Assembly: GCF_009914755.1 (NCBI RefSeq)
Contig: NC_060948.1
Length of the DNA: 64,000 bases
Strand: one strand, 5' to 3'
Source: the human T2T-CHM13v2.0 reference genome, Homo sapiens
A model generated the notes under the pieces. That model had not been told where the DNA came from, searched no databases, and saw only the letters and a program-made list of their open reading frames with translations. Position numbers and translations under genes: made by a program. Numbering within the stretch: position 1 is the stretch's first letter; every line of letters starts with the position of its first letter. This document shows positions 1 to 19,466 of this stretch, piece after piece.

Positions 1-113
1 GATTTTTAGTAGTGACAGCGTTTCACTGTATTGGCCAGGATGGTCTTGATCTCTTCACCTTGTGATCCCCTTGCCTTGGCCTCCAAATTTGCTGGGATTA
101 CAGGCCTGAGACA
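1..113 (-). mobile_element. Alu fragment (left arm, cut by window edge)
   Basis: Antisense Alu motifs tttttagtag, ggccaggatggtc, gctgggattacaggc. Confidence 0.9.
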
Positions 114-685
114 AGATCCATATTTTTTAAATGAAAAAAAATTTCAAAGGTACTCTGCTTGGTACAATAATCAAATGTATAAACTGAGGAATAAAACATA
201 ACCATGAAACCTACTTATAACTGCATATGGAAAATACAGAGGATAATTTTTTAAATAACATATTTTGAAAGCCTTAACTAGTAATTTGAAGAGTTGGCAT
301 TTGAAAGGCCAGTATGAATATACCTTCAAAGCAGCAACACAGGTTCCCCATGAGAAAAAGCAAACACAGGGAAAATAAAAACACAAAGGTTCAATCTCTT
401 CTGACCTTTGAAAGACACAGCACAGACAGTGGTCCTTAGGACGAAGAGCAGGAGACCCCTAATTCCGTCACCATGGCGATAGGGCATAAACATTGCTGGG
501 TGAGGGCACAATCCACATTGTGAGGTCCAACTGCTGCCAGGAAGACAGGAGTGCTTTTACATAGACCGAAAGGTCATTGAAGGCTCAGAGTTTTGTTTCA
601 AGAACTGAATCCCAAGCCCACACGTTATTAGGCTGCGCTTCTTAAAACAAGTTATGAGATGGGAAAAAGGGCACCCACAAACATA
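114..685. repeat. HSATI-like subunit of DYZ2, unit U1 (recurs in every unit at about anchor-57..anchor+514)
   Basis: ~570-bp non-Alu, non-simple segment between the Alu 5' end and the AT-rich block. The HSATI name is assigned from the known DYZ2 composition, not from an alignment. Boundaries are approximate. Confidence 0.75.
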
Positions 686-2528
<1,843 letters not shown>

Positions 2529-4635
2529 AGATCCATATTTTTTAAATGAAAAAAAATTTCAAAGGTACTCTGCTTGGTACAATAATCAAATGTATAAACT
2601 GAGGAATAAAACATAACCATGAAACCTACTTATAACTGCATATGGAAAATACAGAGGATAATTTTTTAAATAACATATTTTGAAAGCCTTAACTAGTAAT
2701 TTGAAGAGTTGGCATTTGAAAGGCCAGTATGAATAAACCTTCAAAGCAGCAACACAGGTTCCCCATGAGAAAAAACAAACACAGGGAAAATAAAAACACA
2801 AAGGTTCAATCTCTTCTGACCTTTGAAAGACACAGCACAGACAGTGGTCCTTAGGACGAAGAGCAGGAGACCCCTAATTCCGTCACCATGGCGATAGGGC
2901 ATAAACATTGCTGGGTGAGGGCACAATCCACATTGTGAGGTCCAACTGCTGCCAGGAAGACAGGAGTGCTTTTACATAGACCGAAAGGTCATTGAAGGCT
3001 CAGAGTTTTGTTTCAAGAACTGAATCCCAAGCCCACACGTTATTAGGCTGCGCTTCTTAAAACAAGTTATGAGATGGGAAAAAGGGCACCCACAAACATA
3101 CGTATACATTATGTATATAATAATATACTGTATCATATATATAATATATATAACCTATGTATAATATTGTTTTACATCCTGCATCTTATGTTATATATAT
3201 TGTATAAAATATAATAATTGATAATATATAAGTTTTATAATTATACAATATGACATATAGTATATATTATAATTTATGACATATATAATATATGTTATAT
3301 ATCATATATAGAATATATTATACGGTTAATATACGTATTAAATATAAATTATACCTTATATATATTATATATAATATATCTGTTATATATAATACCCATT
3401 ATGCATAATATATATATTATGTCTATGTTATATATAGTATAAAACAACATATTATAATATATAATTGTATATATAAAATGCGACATATAATATATATTAT
3501 ATTTTATAACATATGTAATATATATTATATATTATATATAATACGTTGTATGTATAATACCTATATTAAATATATATTATATGACTATGTTATTAATTAC
3601 ATGTCACATGTGTTATATATTATATATTTTACATAGAATATACCGGTTACATACAATATATACTATGTTACCTATAATGTATAATTTATTACATGTAAAA
3701 TAAAGAATGCAATATATTATGTATAATTTATAATATACAATATGTGGAATGTGACATATGTAACATATAATATATGATATATGATATACAGTATATGATA
3801 TATAACATACAATATATGATTCCTAATATATATGGTATACAATATATATTTTATGATATGTATTCTATATGTTTTATATTCTGTTATATATAACTATTTG
3901 AAATTATATATAACTGTATAATATTTTATGTAAATATGTAATATAATATATATAACTATATAATATATTATATATAACTATATATTATGTTATATATACT
4001 TTTATAACATAATTTACATAAAATATCATAATATAATATATATTATATTATTTCATATTACATAATATATATTACATATCACCCAATATAACTAACATAC
4101 ATAATATTATAATATAGATTATATTATGTTATATTAAATATCATATATATCATGTATCATATATTCTATAATATATATTACACATTATATAATATGTATG
4201 TTGTCTATTATGTGATATATATAACTCAATATATAATTATATTTTTATACATATAACTAGATAAACATGTAATTCTACATATTTTCATTTATAATATGTA
4301 GAATTATATAATCATATATAATTATTTATATTCTATAAAAAATTTTATCATTATATAAATTATAATATATAAAAATTATAATATGTACTACAAATATATA
4401 TATATTATATATCATATATGATATAGTACCTTTGTTATATATCATAATACATATAAATGTGTATTATGTTATCTATAATTATATAATTTCATATATAAGA
4501 TGTATAATATGTATCATATATTATATATGTTATGTAATATATATAGTATATATAAGATGACACAGGATAAATATTATATACTATGACATATAAAATATAT
4601 GAGGTTATATGTTACATATAAGGCATAGCACATAA

Positions 4636-4950
<315 letters not shown>

Positions 4951-7053
4951 AGATCCATATTTTGTAAATGAAAAAAAATTTCAAAGGTACTCTGCTTGGT
5001 ACAATAATCAAATGTATAAACTGAGGAATAAAACATAACCATGAAACCTACTTATAACTGCATATGGAAAATACAGAGGATAATTTTTTAAATAACATAT
5101 TTTGAAAGCCTTAACTAGTAATTTGAAGAGTTGGCATTTGAAAGGCCAGTATGAATAAACCTTCAAAGCAGCAACACAGGTTCCCCATGAGAAAAAGCAA
5201 ACACAGGGAAAATAAAAACACAAAGGTTCAATCTCTTCTGACCTTTGAAAGACACAGCACAGACAGTGGTCCTTAGGACGAAGAGCAGGAGACCCCTAAT
5301 TCCGTCACCATGGCGATAGGGCATAAACATTGCTGGGTGAGGGCACAATCCACATTGTGAGGTCCAACTGCTGCCAGGAAGACAGGAGTGCTTTTACATA
5401 GACCGAAAGGTCATTGAAGGCTCAGAGTTTTGTTTCAAGAACTGAATCCCAAGCCCACACGTTATTAGGCTGCGCTTCTTAAAACAAGTTATGAGATGGG
5501 AAAAAGGGCACCCACAAACATACGTATACATTATGTATATAATAATATACAGTATCATATATATAATATATATAACCTATGTATAATATTGTTTTACATC
5601 CTGCATCTTATGTTATATATATTGTATAAAATATAATAGTTGATAATATATAAGTTTTATAATTATACAATATGACATATAGTATATATTATAATTTATG
5701 ACATATATAATATATGTTGTATGTCATATATAGAATATATTATACGGTTAATATACGTATTAAATATAAATTATACATTATATATATTATATATAATATA
5801 TCTGTTATATATAATACCCATTATGCATAATATATATATTATGTCTATGTTATATATAGTATAAAACAACATATAATAATATATAATTGTATATATAAAA
5901 TGCGACATATAATATATATTATATTTTATAACATATGTAATATATATTATATATTATATATAATACGTTGTATGTATAATACCTATATTAAATATATATT
6001 ATATGACTATGTTATTAATTACATGTCACATGTGTTATATATTATATATTTTACATAGAATATACCGGTTACATACAATATATACTATGTTACCTATAAT
6101 GTATAATTTATTACATGTAAAATAAAGAATGCAATATATTATGTAAAATTTATAATAAACCATATGTGGAATGTGATATATATAACATATAATATATGAT
6201 ATATGATATACAGTATATGATATATAACATACAATATATGATTCCTAATATATATGGTATACAATATATATTTTATGATATGTATTCTATATGTTTTATA
6301 TTCTGTTATATATAACTATTTGAAATTATATATAACTGTATAATATTTTATGTAAATATGTAATATAATATATATAACTATATAATATATTATATATAAC
6401 TATATATTATGTTATATATACTTTTATAACATAATTTACATAAAATATCATAATATAATATATATTATATTATTTCATATTACATAATATATATTACATA
6501 TCACCCAATATAACTAACATACATAATATTATAATATAGATTATATTATGTTATATTAAATATCATATATATCATGTATCATATATTCTATAATATATAT
6601 TACACATTATATAATATGTATGTTGTCTATTATGTGATATATATAACTATATATAATTATATTTTTATACATATAACTAGATAAACATGTAATTCTACAT
6701 ATTTTCGTTTATAATATGTAGAATTATATAATCAAATATAATTATTTATATTCTATAAAAAATTTTATCATTATATAAATTATAATATATAAAAATTATA
6801 ATATGTACTACAAATATATATATTATATATCATATATGCTATAGTACCTTTGTTATATATCATAATACATATAAATGTGTATTATGTTATCTATAATTAT
6901 ATAATTTCATATATAAGTTGTATAATATGTATCATATATTATATATGTTATGTAATATATATAGTATATATAAGATGACACAGGATAAATATTATATACT
7001 ATGAGATATAAAATATATGAGGTTATATGTTACATATAAGGCATAGCACATAA

Positions 7054-7368
<315 letters not shown>

Positions 7369-9496
7369 AGATCCATATTTTTTAAATGAAAAAAAATTTC
7401 AAAGGTACTCTGCTTGGTACAATAATCAAATGTATAAACTGAGGAATAAAACATAACCATGAAACCTACTTATAACTGCATATGGAAAATACAGAGGATA
7501 ATTTTTTAAATAACATATTTTGAAAGCCTTAACTAGTAATTTGAAGAGCTGGCATTTGAAAGGCCAGTATGAATATACCTTCAAAGCAGCAACACAGGTT
7601 CCCCATGAGAAAAAGCAAACACAGGGAAAATAAAAACACAAAGGTTCAATCTCTTCTGACCTTTGAAAGACACAGCACAGACAGTGGTCCTTAGGACGAA
7701 GAGCAGGAGACCCCTAATTCCGTCACCATGGCGATAGGGCATAAACATTGCTGGGTGAGGGCACAATCCACATTGTGAGGTCCAACTGCTGCCAGGAAGA
7801 CAGGAGTGCTTTTACATAGACCGAAAGGTCATTGAAGGCTCAGAGTTTTGTTTCAAGAACTGAATCCCAAGCCCACACGTTATTAGGCTGCGCTTCTTTA
7901 AAAAAGTTATGAGATGGGAAAAAGGGCACCCACAAACATACGTATACATTATGTATATAATAATATACAGTATCATATATATAATATATATAACCTATGT
8001 ATAATATTGTTTTACATCCTGCATCTTATGTTATATATATTGTATAAAATATAATAGTTGATAATATATAAGTTTTATAATTATACAATATGACATATAG
8101 TATATATTATAATTTATGACATATATAATATATGTTATATGTCATATATAGAATATATTATACGGTTAATATACGTATTAAATATAAATTATACATTATA
8201 TATATTATATATAATATATCTGTTATATATAATACCCATTATGCATAATATATATATTATATCTATGTTATATATAGTATAAAACAACATATAATAATAT
8301 ATAATTGTATATATAAAATGCGACATATAATATATATTATATTTTATAACATATGTAATATATATTATATATTATATATAATACGTTGTAAGTATAATAC
8401 CTATATTAAATATATATTATATGACTATGTTATTAATTACATGTCACATGTGTTATATATTATATATTTTACATAGAATATACCGGTTACATACAATATA
8501 TACTATGTTACCTATAATGTATAATTTATTACATGTAAAATAAAGAATGCAATATATTATGTATAATTTATAATATACCATATGTGGAATGTGATATATA
8601 TAACATATAATATATGATATATGATATACAGTGTATGATATATAACATACAATATATGATTCCTAATATATATGGTATACAATATATATTTTATGATATG
8701 TATTCTATATGTTTTATATTCTGTTATATATAACTATTTGAAATTATATATAACTGTATAATATTTTATGTAAATATGTAATATAATATATATAACTATA
8801 TAATATATTATATATAACTATATATTATGTTATATATACTTTTATAACATAATTTACATAAAATATCATAATATAATATATATTATATTATTTCATATTA
8901 CATAATATATATTACATATCACCCAATATAACTAACATACATAATATTATAATATAGATTATATTGCGTTATATTAAATATCATATATATCATGTATCAT
9001 ATATTCTATAATATATATTACACATTATATAATATGTATGTTGTCTATTATGTGATATATATAACTATATATATAATTATATTTTTATACATATAACTAG
9101 ATAAACATGTAATTCTACATATTTTCATTTATAATATGTAGAATTATATAATCATATATAATTATTTATATTCTATAAAAAATTTTATCATTATATAAAT
9201 TATAATATATAAAAATTATAATATGTACTACAAATATATATATTATATATCATATATGCTATAGTACTATTGTTATATTTCATAATACATATAAATGTGT
9301 ATTATGTTATCTATAATTATATAATTTCATATATAAGGTGTATAATATGTATCATAAATTATATATGTTGTGTAATATATATAGTATATATAAGATGACA
9401 CAGGATAAATATTATATACTATGACATATAAAATATATGAGGTTATATGTTACATATAAGGCATAGCACATAACATGTAATATATATCATATATAA

Positions 9497-9788
9497 TTTT
9501 TTTTTAGACAGAATCTTGTCCTGTTGCACAGGGTGGGGTACAATGGCGCCATCTTTGCTGACTGCAAATTCTGCCTCACGGGTCCAAGCGATTGTCCTCC
9601 CTCAGCCTCCCAGGTAGCTGGGACTACACCACACTGGGACTACACCAGCTGCCACCATGCCTAGCTAATTTTTTGGATTTTTAGTAGTGACAGCGTTTCA
9701 CTGTATTGGCCAGGATGGTCTTGATCTCTTCACCTTGTGATCCCCTTGCCTTGGCCTCCAAATTTGCTGGGATTACAGGCCTGAGCCA
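9497..9788 (-). mobile_element. Diverged Alu copy (DYZ2 subunit)
   Basis: Near-identical copy of 2237..2528. Confidence 0.92.
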
Positions 9789-11893
9789 AGATCCATATTT
9801 TTTAAATGAAAAAAAATTTCAAAGGTACTCTGCTTGGTACAATAATCAAATGTATAAACTGAGGAATAAAACATAACCATGAAACCTACTTATAACTGCA
9901 TATGGAAAATACAGAGGATAATTTTTTAAATAACATATTTTGAAAGCCTTAACTAGTAATTTGAAGAGTTGGCATTTGAAAGGCCAGTATGAATATACCT
10001 TCAAAGCAGCAACACAGGTTCCCCATGAGAAAAAGCAAACACAGGGAAAATAAAAACACAAAGGTTCAATCTCTTCTGACCTTTGAAAGACACAGCACAG
10101 ACAGTGGTCCTTAGGACGAAGAGCAGGAGACCCCTAATTCCGTCACCATGGCGATAGGGCATAAACATTGCTGGGTGAGGGCACAATCCACATTGTGAGG
10201 TCCAACTGCTGCCAGGAAGACAGGAGTGCTTTTACATAGACCGAAAGGTCATTGAAGGCTCAGAGTTTTCTTTCAAGAACTGAATCCCAAGCCCACACGT
10301 TATTAGGCTGCGCTTCTTAAAACAAGTTATGAGATGGGAAAAAGGGCACCCACAAACATACGTATACATTATGTATATAATAATATACAGTATCATATAT
10401 ATAATATATATAACCTATGTATAATACTGTTTTACATCCTGCATCTTATGTTATATATATTGTATAAAATATAATAATTGATAATATATAAGTTTTATAA
10501 TTATACAATATGACATATAGTATATATTATAATTTATGACATATATAATATATGTTATATGTCATATATAGAATATATTATACGGTTAATATACGTATTA
10601 AATATAAATTATACATTATATATATTATATACAATATATCTGTTATATATAATACCCATTATGCATAATATATATATTATGTCTATGTTATATATAGTAT
10701 AAAACAACATATAGTAATATATAATTGTATATATAAAATGCGACATATAATATATATTATATTTTATAACATATGTAATATATATTATATATTATATATA
10801 ATACGTTGTATGTATAATACCTATATTAAATATATATTATATGACTATGTTATTAATTACATGTCACATGTGTTATATATTATATATTTTACATAGAATA
10901 TACCGGTTACATACAATATATACTATGTTACCTATAATGTATAATTTATTACATGTAAAATAAAGAATGCAATATATTATGTATAATTTATAATATACCA
11001 TATGTGGAATGTGATATATATAACATATCATATATGATATATGATATACAGTATATGATATATAACATACAATATATGATTCCTAATATATATGGTATAC
11101 AATATATATTTTATGATATGTATTCTATATGTTTTATATTCTGTTATATATAACTATTTGAAATTATATATAACTGTATAATATTTTATGTAAATATGTA
11201 ATATAATATATATAACTATATAATATATTATATATAACTATATATTATGTTATATATACTTTTATAACATAATTTACATAAAATATCATAATATAATATA
11301 TATTATATTATTTCATATTACATAATATATATTACATATCACCCAATATAACTAACATACATAATATTATAATATAGATTATATTGTGTTATATTAAATA
11401 TCATATATATCATGTATCATATATTCTATAATATATATTACACATTATATAATATGTATGTTGTCTATTATGTGATATATATAACTATATATATAATTAT
11501 ATTTTTATACATATAACTAGATAAACATGTAATTCTACATATTTTCATTTATAATATGTAGAATTATATAATCATATATAATTATTTATATTCTATAAAA
11601 AATTTTATCATTATATAAATTATAATATATAAAAATTATAATATGTACTACAAATATATATATTATATATCATATATGATATAGTACCTTTGTTATATAT
11701 CATAATACATATACATGTGTATTATGTTATCTATAATTATATAATTTCATATATAAGATGTATAATATGTATCATATATTATATAAGTTATGTAATATAT
11801 ATAGTATATATAAGATGACACAGGATAAATATTATATACTATGACATATAAAATATATGAGGTTATATGTTACATATAAGGCATAGCACATAA

Positions 11894-12208
<315 letters not shown>

Positions 12209-14313
12209 AGATCCATATTTTGTAAATGAAAAAAAATTTCAAAGGTACTCTGCTTGGTACAATAATCAAATGTATAAACTGAGGAATAAAACATAACCAT
12301 GAAACCTACTTATAACTGCATATGGAAAATACAGAGGATAATTTTTTAAATAACATATTTTGAAAGCCTTAACTAGTAATTTGAAGAGTTGGCATTTGAA
12401 AGGCCAGTATGAATATACCTTCAAAGCAGCAACACAGGTTCCCCATGAGAAAAAGCAAACACAGGGAAAACAAAAACACAAAGGTTCAATCTCTTCTGAC
12501 CTTTGAAAGACACAGCACAGACAGTGGTCCTTAGGACGAAGAGCAGGAGACCCCTAATTCCGTCACCATGGCGATAGGGCATAAACATTGCTGGGTGAGG
12601 GCACAATCCACATTGTGAGGTCCAACTGCTGCCAGGAAGACAGGAGTGCTTTTACATAGACCGAAAGGTCATTGAAGGCTCAGAGTTTTGTTTCAAGAAC
12701 TGAATCCCAAGCCCACACGTTATTAGGCTGCGCTTCTTAAAACAAGTTATGAGATGGGAAAAAGGGCACCCACAAACATACGTATACATTATGTATATAA
12801 TAATATACAGTATCATATATATAATATATATAACCTATGTATAATACTGTTTTACATCCTGCATCTTATGTTATATATATTGTATAAAATATAATAATTG
12901 ATAATATATAAGTTTTATAATTATACAATATGACATATAGTATATATTATAATTTATGACATATATAATATATGTTATATGTCATATATAGAATATATTA
13001 TACGGTTAATATACGTATTAAATATAAATTATACATTATATATATTATATACAATATATCTGTTATATATAATACCCATTATGCATAATATATATATTAT
13101 GTCTATGTTATATATAGTATAAAACAACATATAATAATATATAATTGTATATATAAAATGCGACATATAATATATATTATATTTTATAACATATGTAATA
13201 TATATTATATATTATATATAATACGTTGTATGTATAATACCTATATTAAATATATATTATATGACTATGTTATTAATTACATGTCACATGTGTTATATAT
13301 TATATATTTTACATAGAATATACCGGTTACGTACAATATATACTATGTTACCTATAATGTATAATTTATTACATGTAAAATAAAGAATGCAATATATTAT
13401 GTATAATTTATAATATACCATATGTGGAATGTGATATATATAACATATAATATATGATATATGATATACAGTATATGATATATAACATACAATATATGAT
13501 TCCTAATATATACGGTATACAATATATATTTTATGATATGTATTCTATATGTTTTATATTCTGTTATATATAACTATTTGAAATTATATATAACTGTATA
13601 ATATTTTATGTAAATATGTAATATAATATATATAACTATATAATATATTATATATAACTATATATTATGTTATATATACTTTTATAACATAATTTACATA
13701 AAATATCATAATATAATATATATTATATTATTTCATATTACATAATATATATTACATATCACCCAATATAACTAACATACATAATATTATAATATAGATT
13801 ATATTGTGTTATATTAAATATCATATATATCATGTATCATATATTCTATAATATATATTACACATTATATAATATGTATGTTGTCTATTATGTGATATAT
13901 AAAACTATATATATAATTATATTTTTATACATATAACTAGATAAACATGTAATTCTACATATTTTCATTTATAATATGTAGAATTATATAATCATATATA
14001 ATTATTAATATTCTATAAAAAATTTTATCATTATATAAATTATAATATATAAAAATTATAATATGTACTACAAATATATATATTATATATCATATATGAT
14101 ATAGTACCTTTGTTATATATCATAATACATATACATGTGTATTATGTTATCTATAATTATATAATTTCATATATAAGATGTATAATATGTATCATATATT
14201 ATATAAGTTATGTAATATATATAGGATATATAAGATGACACAGGATAAATATTATATACTATGACATATAAAATATATGAGGTTATATGTTACATATAAG
14301 GCATAGCACATAA

Positions 14314-14628
<315 letters not shown>

Positions 14629-16731
14629 AGATCCATATTTTGTAAATGAAAAAAAATTTCAAAGGTACTCTGCTTGGTACAATAATCAAATGTATAAACT
14701 GAGGAATAAAACATAACCATGAAACCTACTTATAACTGCATATGGAAAATACAGAGGATAATTTTTTAAATAACATATTTTGAAAGCCTTAACTAGTAAT
14801 TTGAAGAGCTGGCATTTGAAAGGCCAGTATGAATATACCTTAAAAGCAGCAACACAGGTTCCCCATGAGAAAAAGCAAACACAGGGAAAATAAAAACACA
14901 AAGGTTCAATCTCTTCTGAGCTTTGAAAGACACAGCACAGACAGTGGTCCTTAGGACGAAGAGCAGGAGACCCCTAATTCCGTCACCATGGCGATAGGGC
15001 ATAAACATTGCTGGGTGAGGGCACAATCCACATTGTGAGGTCCAACTGCTGCCAGGAAGACAGGAGTGCTTTTACATAGACCGAAAGGTCATTGAAGGCT
15101 CAGAGTTTTCTTTCAAGAACTGAATCCCAAGCCCACACGTTATTAGGCTGCGCTTCTTAAAACAAGTTATGAGATGGGAAAAAGGGCACCCACAAACATA
15201 CGTATACATTATGTATATAATAATATACAGTATCATATATATAATATATATAACCTATGTATAATAGTGTTTTACATCCTGCATCTTATGTTATATATAT
15301 TGTATAAAATATAATAATTGATAATATATAAGTTTTATATTTATACAATATGACATATAGTATATATTATAATTTATGACATATATAATATATGTTATAT
15401 GTCATATATAGAATATATTATACGGTTAATATACGTATTAAATATAAATTATACATTATATATATTATATATAATATATCTGTTATATATAATACCCATT
15501 ATGCATAATATATATATTATGTCTATGTTATATATAGTATAAAACAACATATAATAATATATAATTGTATATATAAAATGCGACATATAATATATATTAT
15601 ATTTTATCACATATGTAATATATATTATATATTATATATAATACGTTGTATGTATAATACCTATATTAAATATATGTTATATGACTATGTTATTAATTAC
15701 ATGTCACATGTGTTATATATTATATATTTTACATAGAATATACCGGTTACATACAATATATACTATGTTACCTATAATGTATAATTTATTACATGTAAAA
15801 TAAAGAATGCAATATATTATGTATAATTTATAATATACCATATGTGGAATGTGATATATATAACATATAATATATGATATATAATATACAGTATATGATA
15901 TATAACATACAATATATGATTCCTAATATATATGGTATACAATATATATTTTATGATATGTATTCTATATGTTTTATATTCTGTTATATATAACTATTTG
16001 AAATTATATAAAACTGTATAATATTTTATGTAAATATGTAATATAATATATATAACTATATAATATATTATATATAACTATATATTATGTTATATATACT
16101 TTTATAACATAATTTACATAAAATATCATAATATAATATATATTATATTATTTCATATTACATAATATATATTACATATCACCCAATATAACTAACATAC
16201 ATAATATTATAATATAGATTATATTGCGTTATATTAAATATCATATATATCATGTATCATATATTCTATAATATATATTACACATTATATAATATGTATG
16301 TTGTCTATTATGTGATATATATAACTATATATAATTATATTTTTATACATATAACTAGATAAACATGTAATTCTACATATTTTCATTTATAATATGTAGA
16401 ATTATATAATCATATATAATTATTTATATTCTATAAAAAATTTTATCATTATATAAATTATAATATATAAAAATTATAATATGTACTACAAATATATATA
16501 TTATATATCATATATGATATAGTACCTTTGTTATATTTCATAATACATATAAATGTGTATTATGTTATCTATAATTATATAATTTCATATATAAGATGTA
16601 TAATATGTATCATATATTATATATGTTATGTAATATATATAGTATATATAAGATGACACAGGATAAATATTATATACTATGACATATAAAATATATGAGG
16701 TTATATGTTACATATAAGGCATAGCACATAA

Positions 16732-17046
<315 letters not shown>

Positions 17047-19151
17047 AGATCCATATTTTTTAAATGAAAAAAAATTTCAAAGGTACTCTGCTTGGTACAA
17101 TAATCAAATGTATAAACTGAGGAATAAAACATAACCATGAAACCTACTTATAACTGCATATGGAAAATACAGAAGATAATTTTTTAAATAACATATTTTG
17201 AAAGCCTTAACTAGTAATTTGAAGAGTTGGCATTTGAAAGGCCAGTATGAATATACCTTCAAAGCAGCAACACAGGTTCCCCATGAGAAAAAGCAAACAC
17301 AGGGAAAATTAAAACACAAAGGTTCAATCTCTTCTGACCTTTGAAAGACACAGCACAGACAGTGGTCCTTAGGAGGAAGAGCTCGAGACCCCTAATTCCG
17401 TCACCATGGCGATAGGGCATAAACATTGCTGGGTGAGGGCACAATCCACATTGTGAGGTCCAACTGCTGCCAGGAAGACAGGAGTGCTTTTACATAGACC
17501 GAAAGGTCATTGAAGGCTCAGAGTTTTGTTTCAAGAACTGAATCCCAAGCCCACACGTTATTAGGCTGCGCTTCTTAAAACAAGTTATGAGATGGGAAAA
17601 AGGGCACCCACAAACATACGTATACATTATGTATATAATAATATACAGTATCATATATATAATATATATAACCTATGTATAATATTGTTTTACATCCTGC
17701 ATCTTATGTTATATATATTGTATAAAATATAATAATTGATAATATATAAGTTTTATAATTATACAATATGACATATAGTATATATTATAATTTATGACAT
17801 ATATAATATATGTTATATGTCATATATAGAATATATTATACGGTTAATATACGTATTAAATATAAATTATACATTATATATATTATATATAATATATCTG
17901 TTATATATAATACCCATTATGCATAATATATATATTATGTCTATGTTATATATAGTATAAAACAACATATAATAATATATAATTGTATATATAAAATGCG
18001 ACATATAATATATATTATATTTTATAACATATGTAATATATATTATATATTATATATAATACGTTGTATGTATAATACCTATATTAAATATATATTATAT
18101 GACTATGTTATTATTTACATGTCACATGTGTTATATATTATATATTTTACATAGAATATACCGGTTACATACAATATATACTATGTTACCTATAATGTAT
18201 AATTTATTACATGTAAAATAAAGAATGCAATATATTATGTATAATTTATAATATACCATATGTGGAATGTGATATATATAACATATAATATATGATATAT
18301 GATATACAGTATATGATATATAACATACAATATATGATTCCTAATATATATGGTATACAATATATATTTTATGATAAGTATTCTATATGTTTTATATTCT
18401 GTTATATATAACTATTTGAAATTATATATAACTTTATAATATTTTATGTAAATATGTAATATAATATATATAACTATATAATATATTATATATAACTATA
18501 TATTATGTTATATATACTTTTATAACATAATTTACATAAAATATCATAATATAATATATATTATATTATTTCATATTACATAATATATATTACATATCAC
18601 CCAATATAACTAACATACATAATATTATAAGATAGATTATATTGTGTTATATTAAATATCATATATATCATGTATCATATATTCTATAATATATATTACA
18701 CATTATATAATATGTATGTTGTCTATTATGTGATATATATAACTATATATATAATTATATTTTTATACATATAACTAGATAAACATGTAATTCTACATAT
18801 TTTCATTTATAATATGTAGAATTATATAATCATATATAATTATTTATATTCTATAAAAAATTTTATCATTATATAAATTATAATATATAAAAATTATAAT
18901 ATGTACTACAAATATATATATTATATATCATATATGATATAGTACCTTTGTTATATATCATAATACATATACATGTGTATTATGTTATCTATAATTATAT
19001 AATTTCATATATAAGATGTATAATATGTATCATATATTATATAAGTTATGTAATATATATAGTATATATAAGATGACACAGGATAAATATTATATACTAT
19101 GACATATAAAATATATGAGGTTATATGTTACATATAAGGCATAGCACATAA

Positions 19152-19466
<315 letters not shown>

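Noticed and set aside
142-413. MITE bounded by the 10-bp inverted repeats
   Set aside because: There is no target-site duplication and the ends do not match TIRs I recognise. It is kept only as a low-interest structural note.
171-511. Recurring 71-aa and 61-aa minus-strand ORFs in every unit (apparent multicopy gene family)
   Set aside because: They have non-ATG starts, overlap in different frames and resemble no known protein. Variants freely add or remove stops (77-aa versions in U7/U10, loss in U23). Their conservation only reflects satellite homogeneity.
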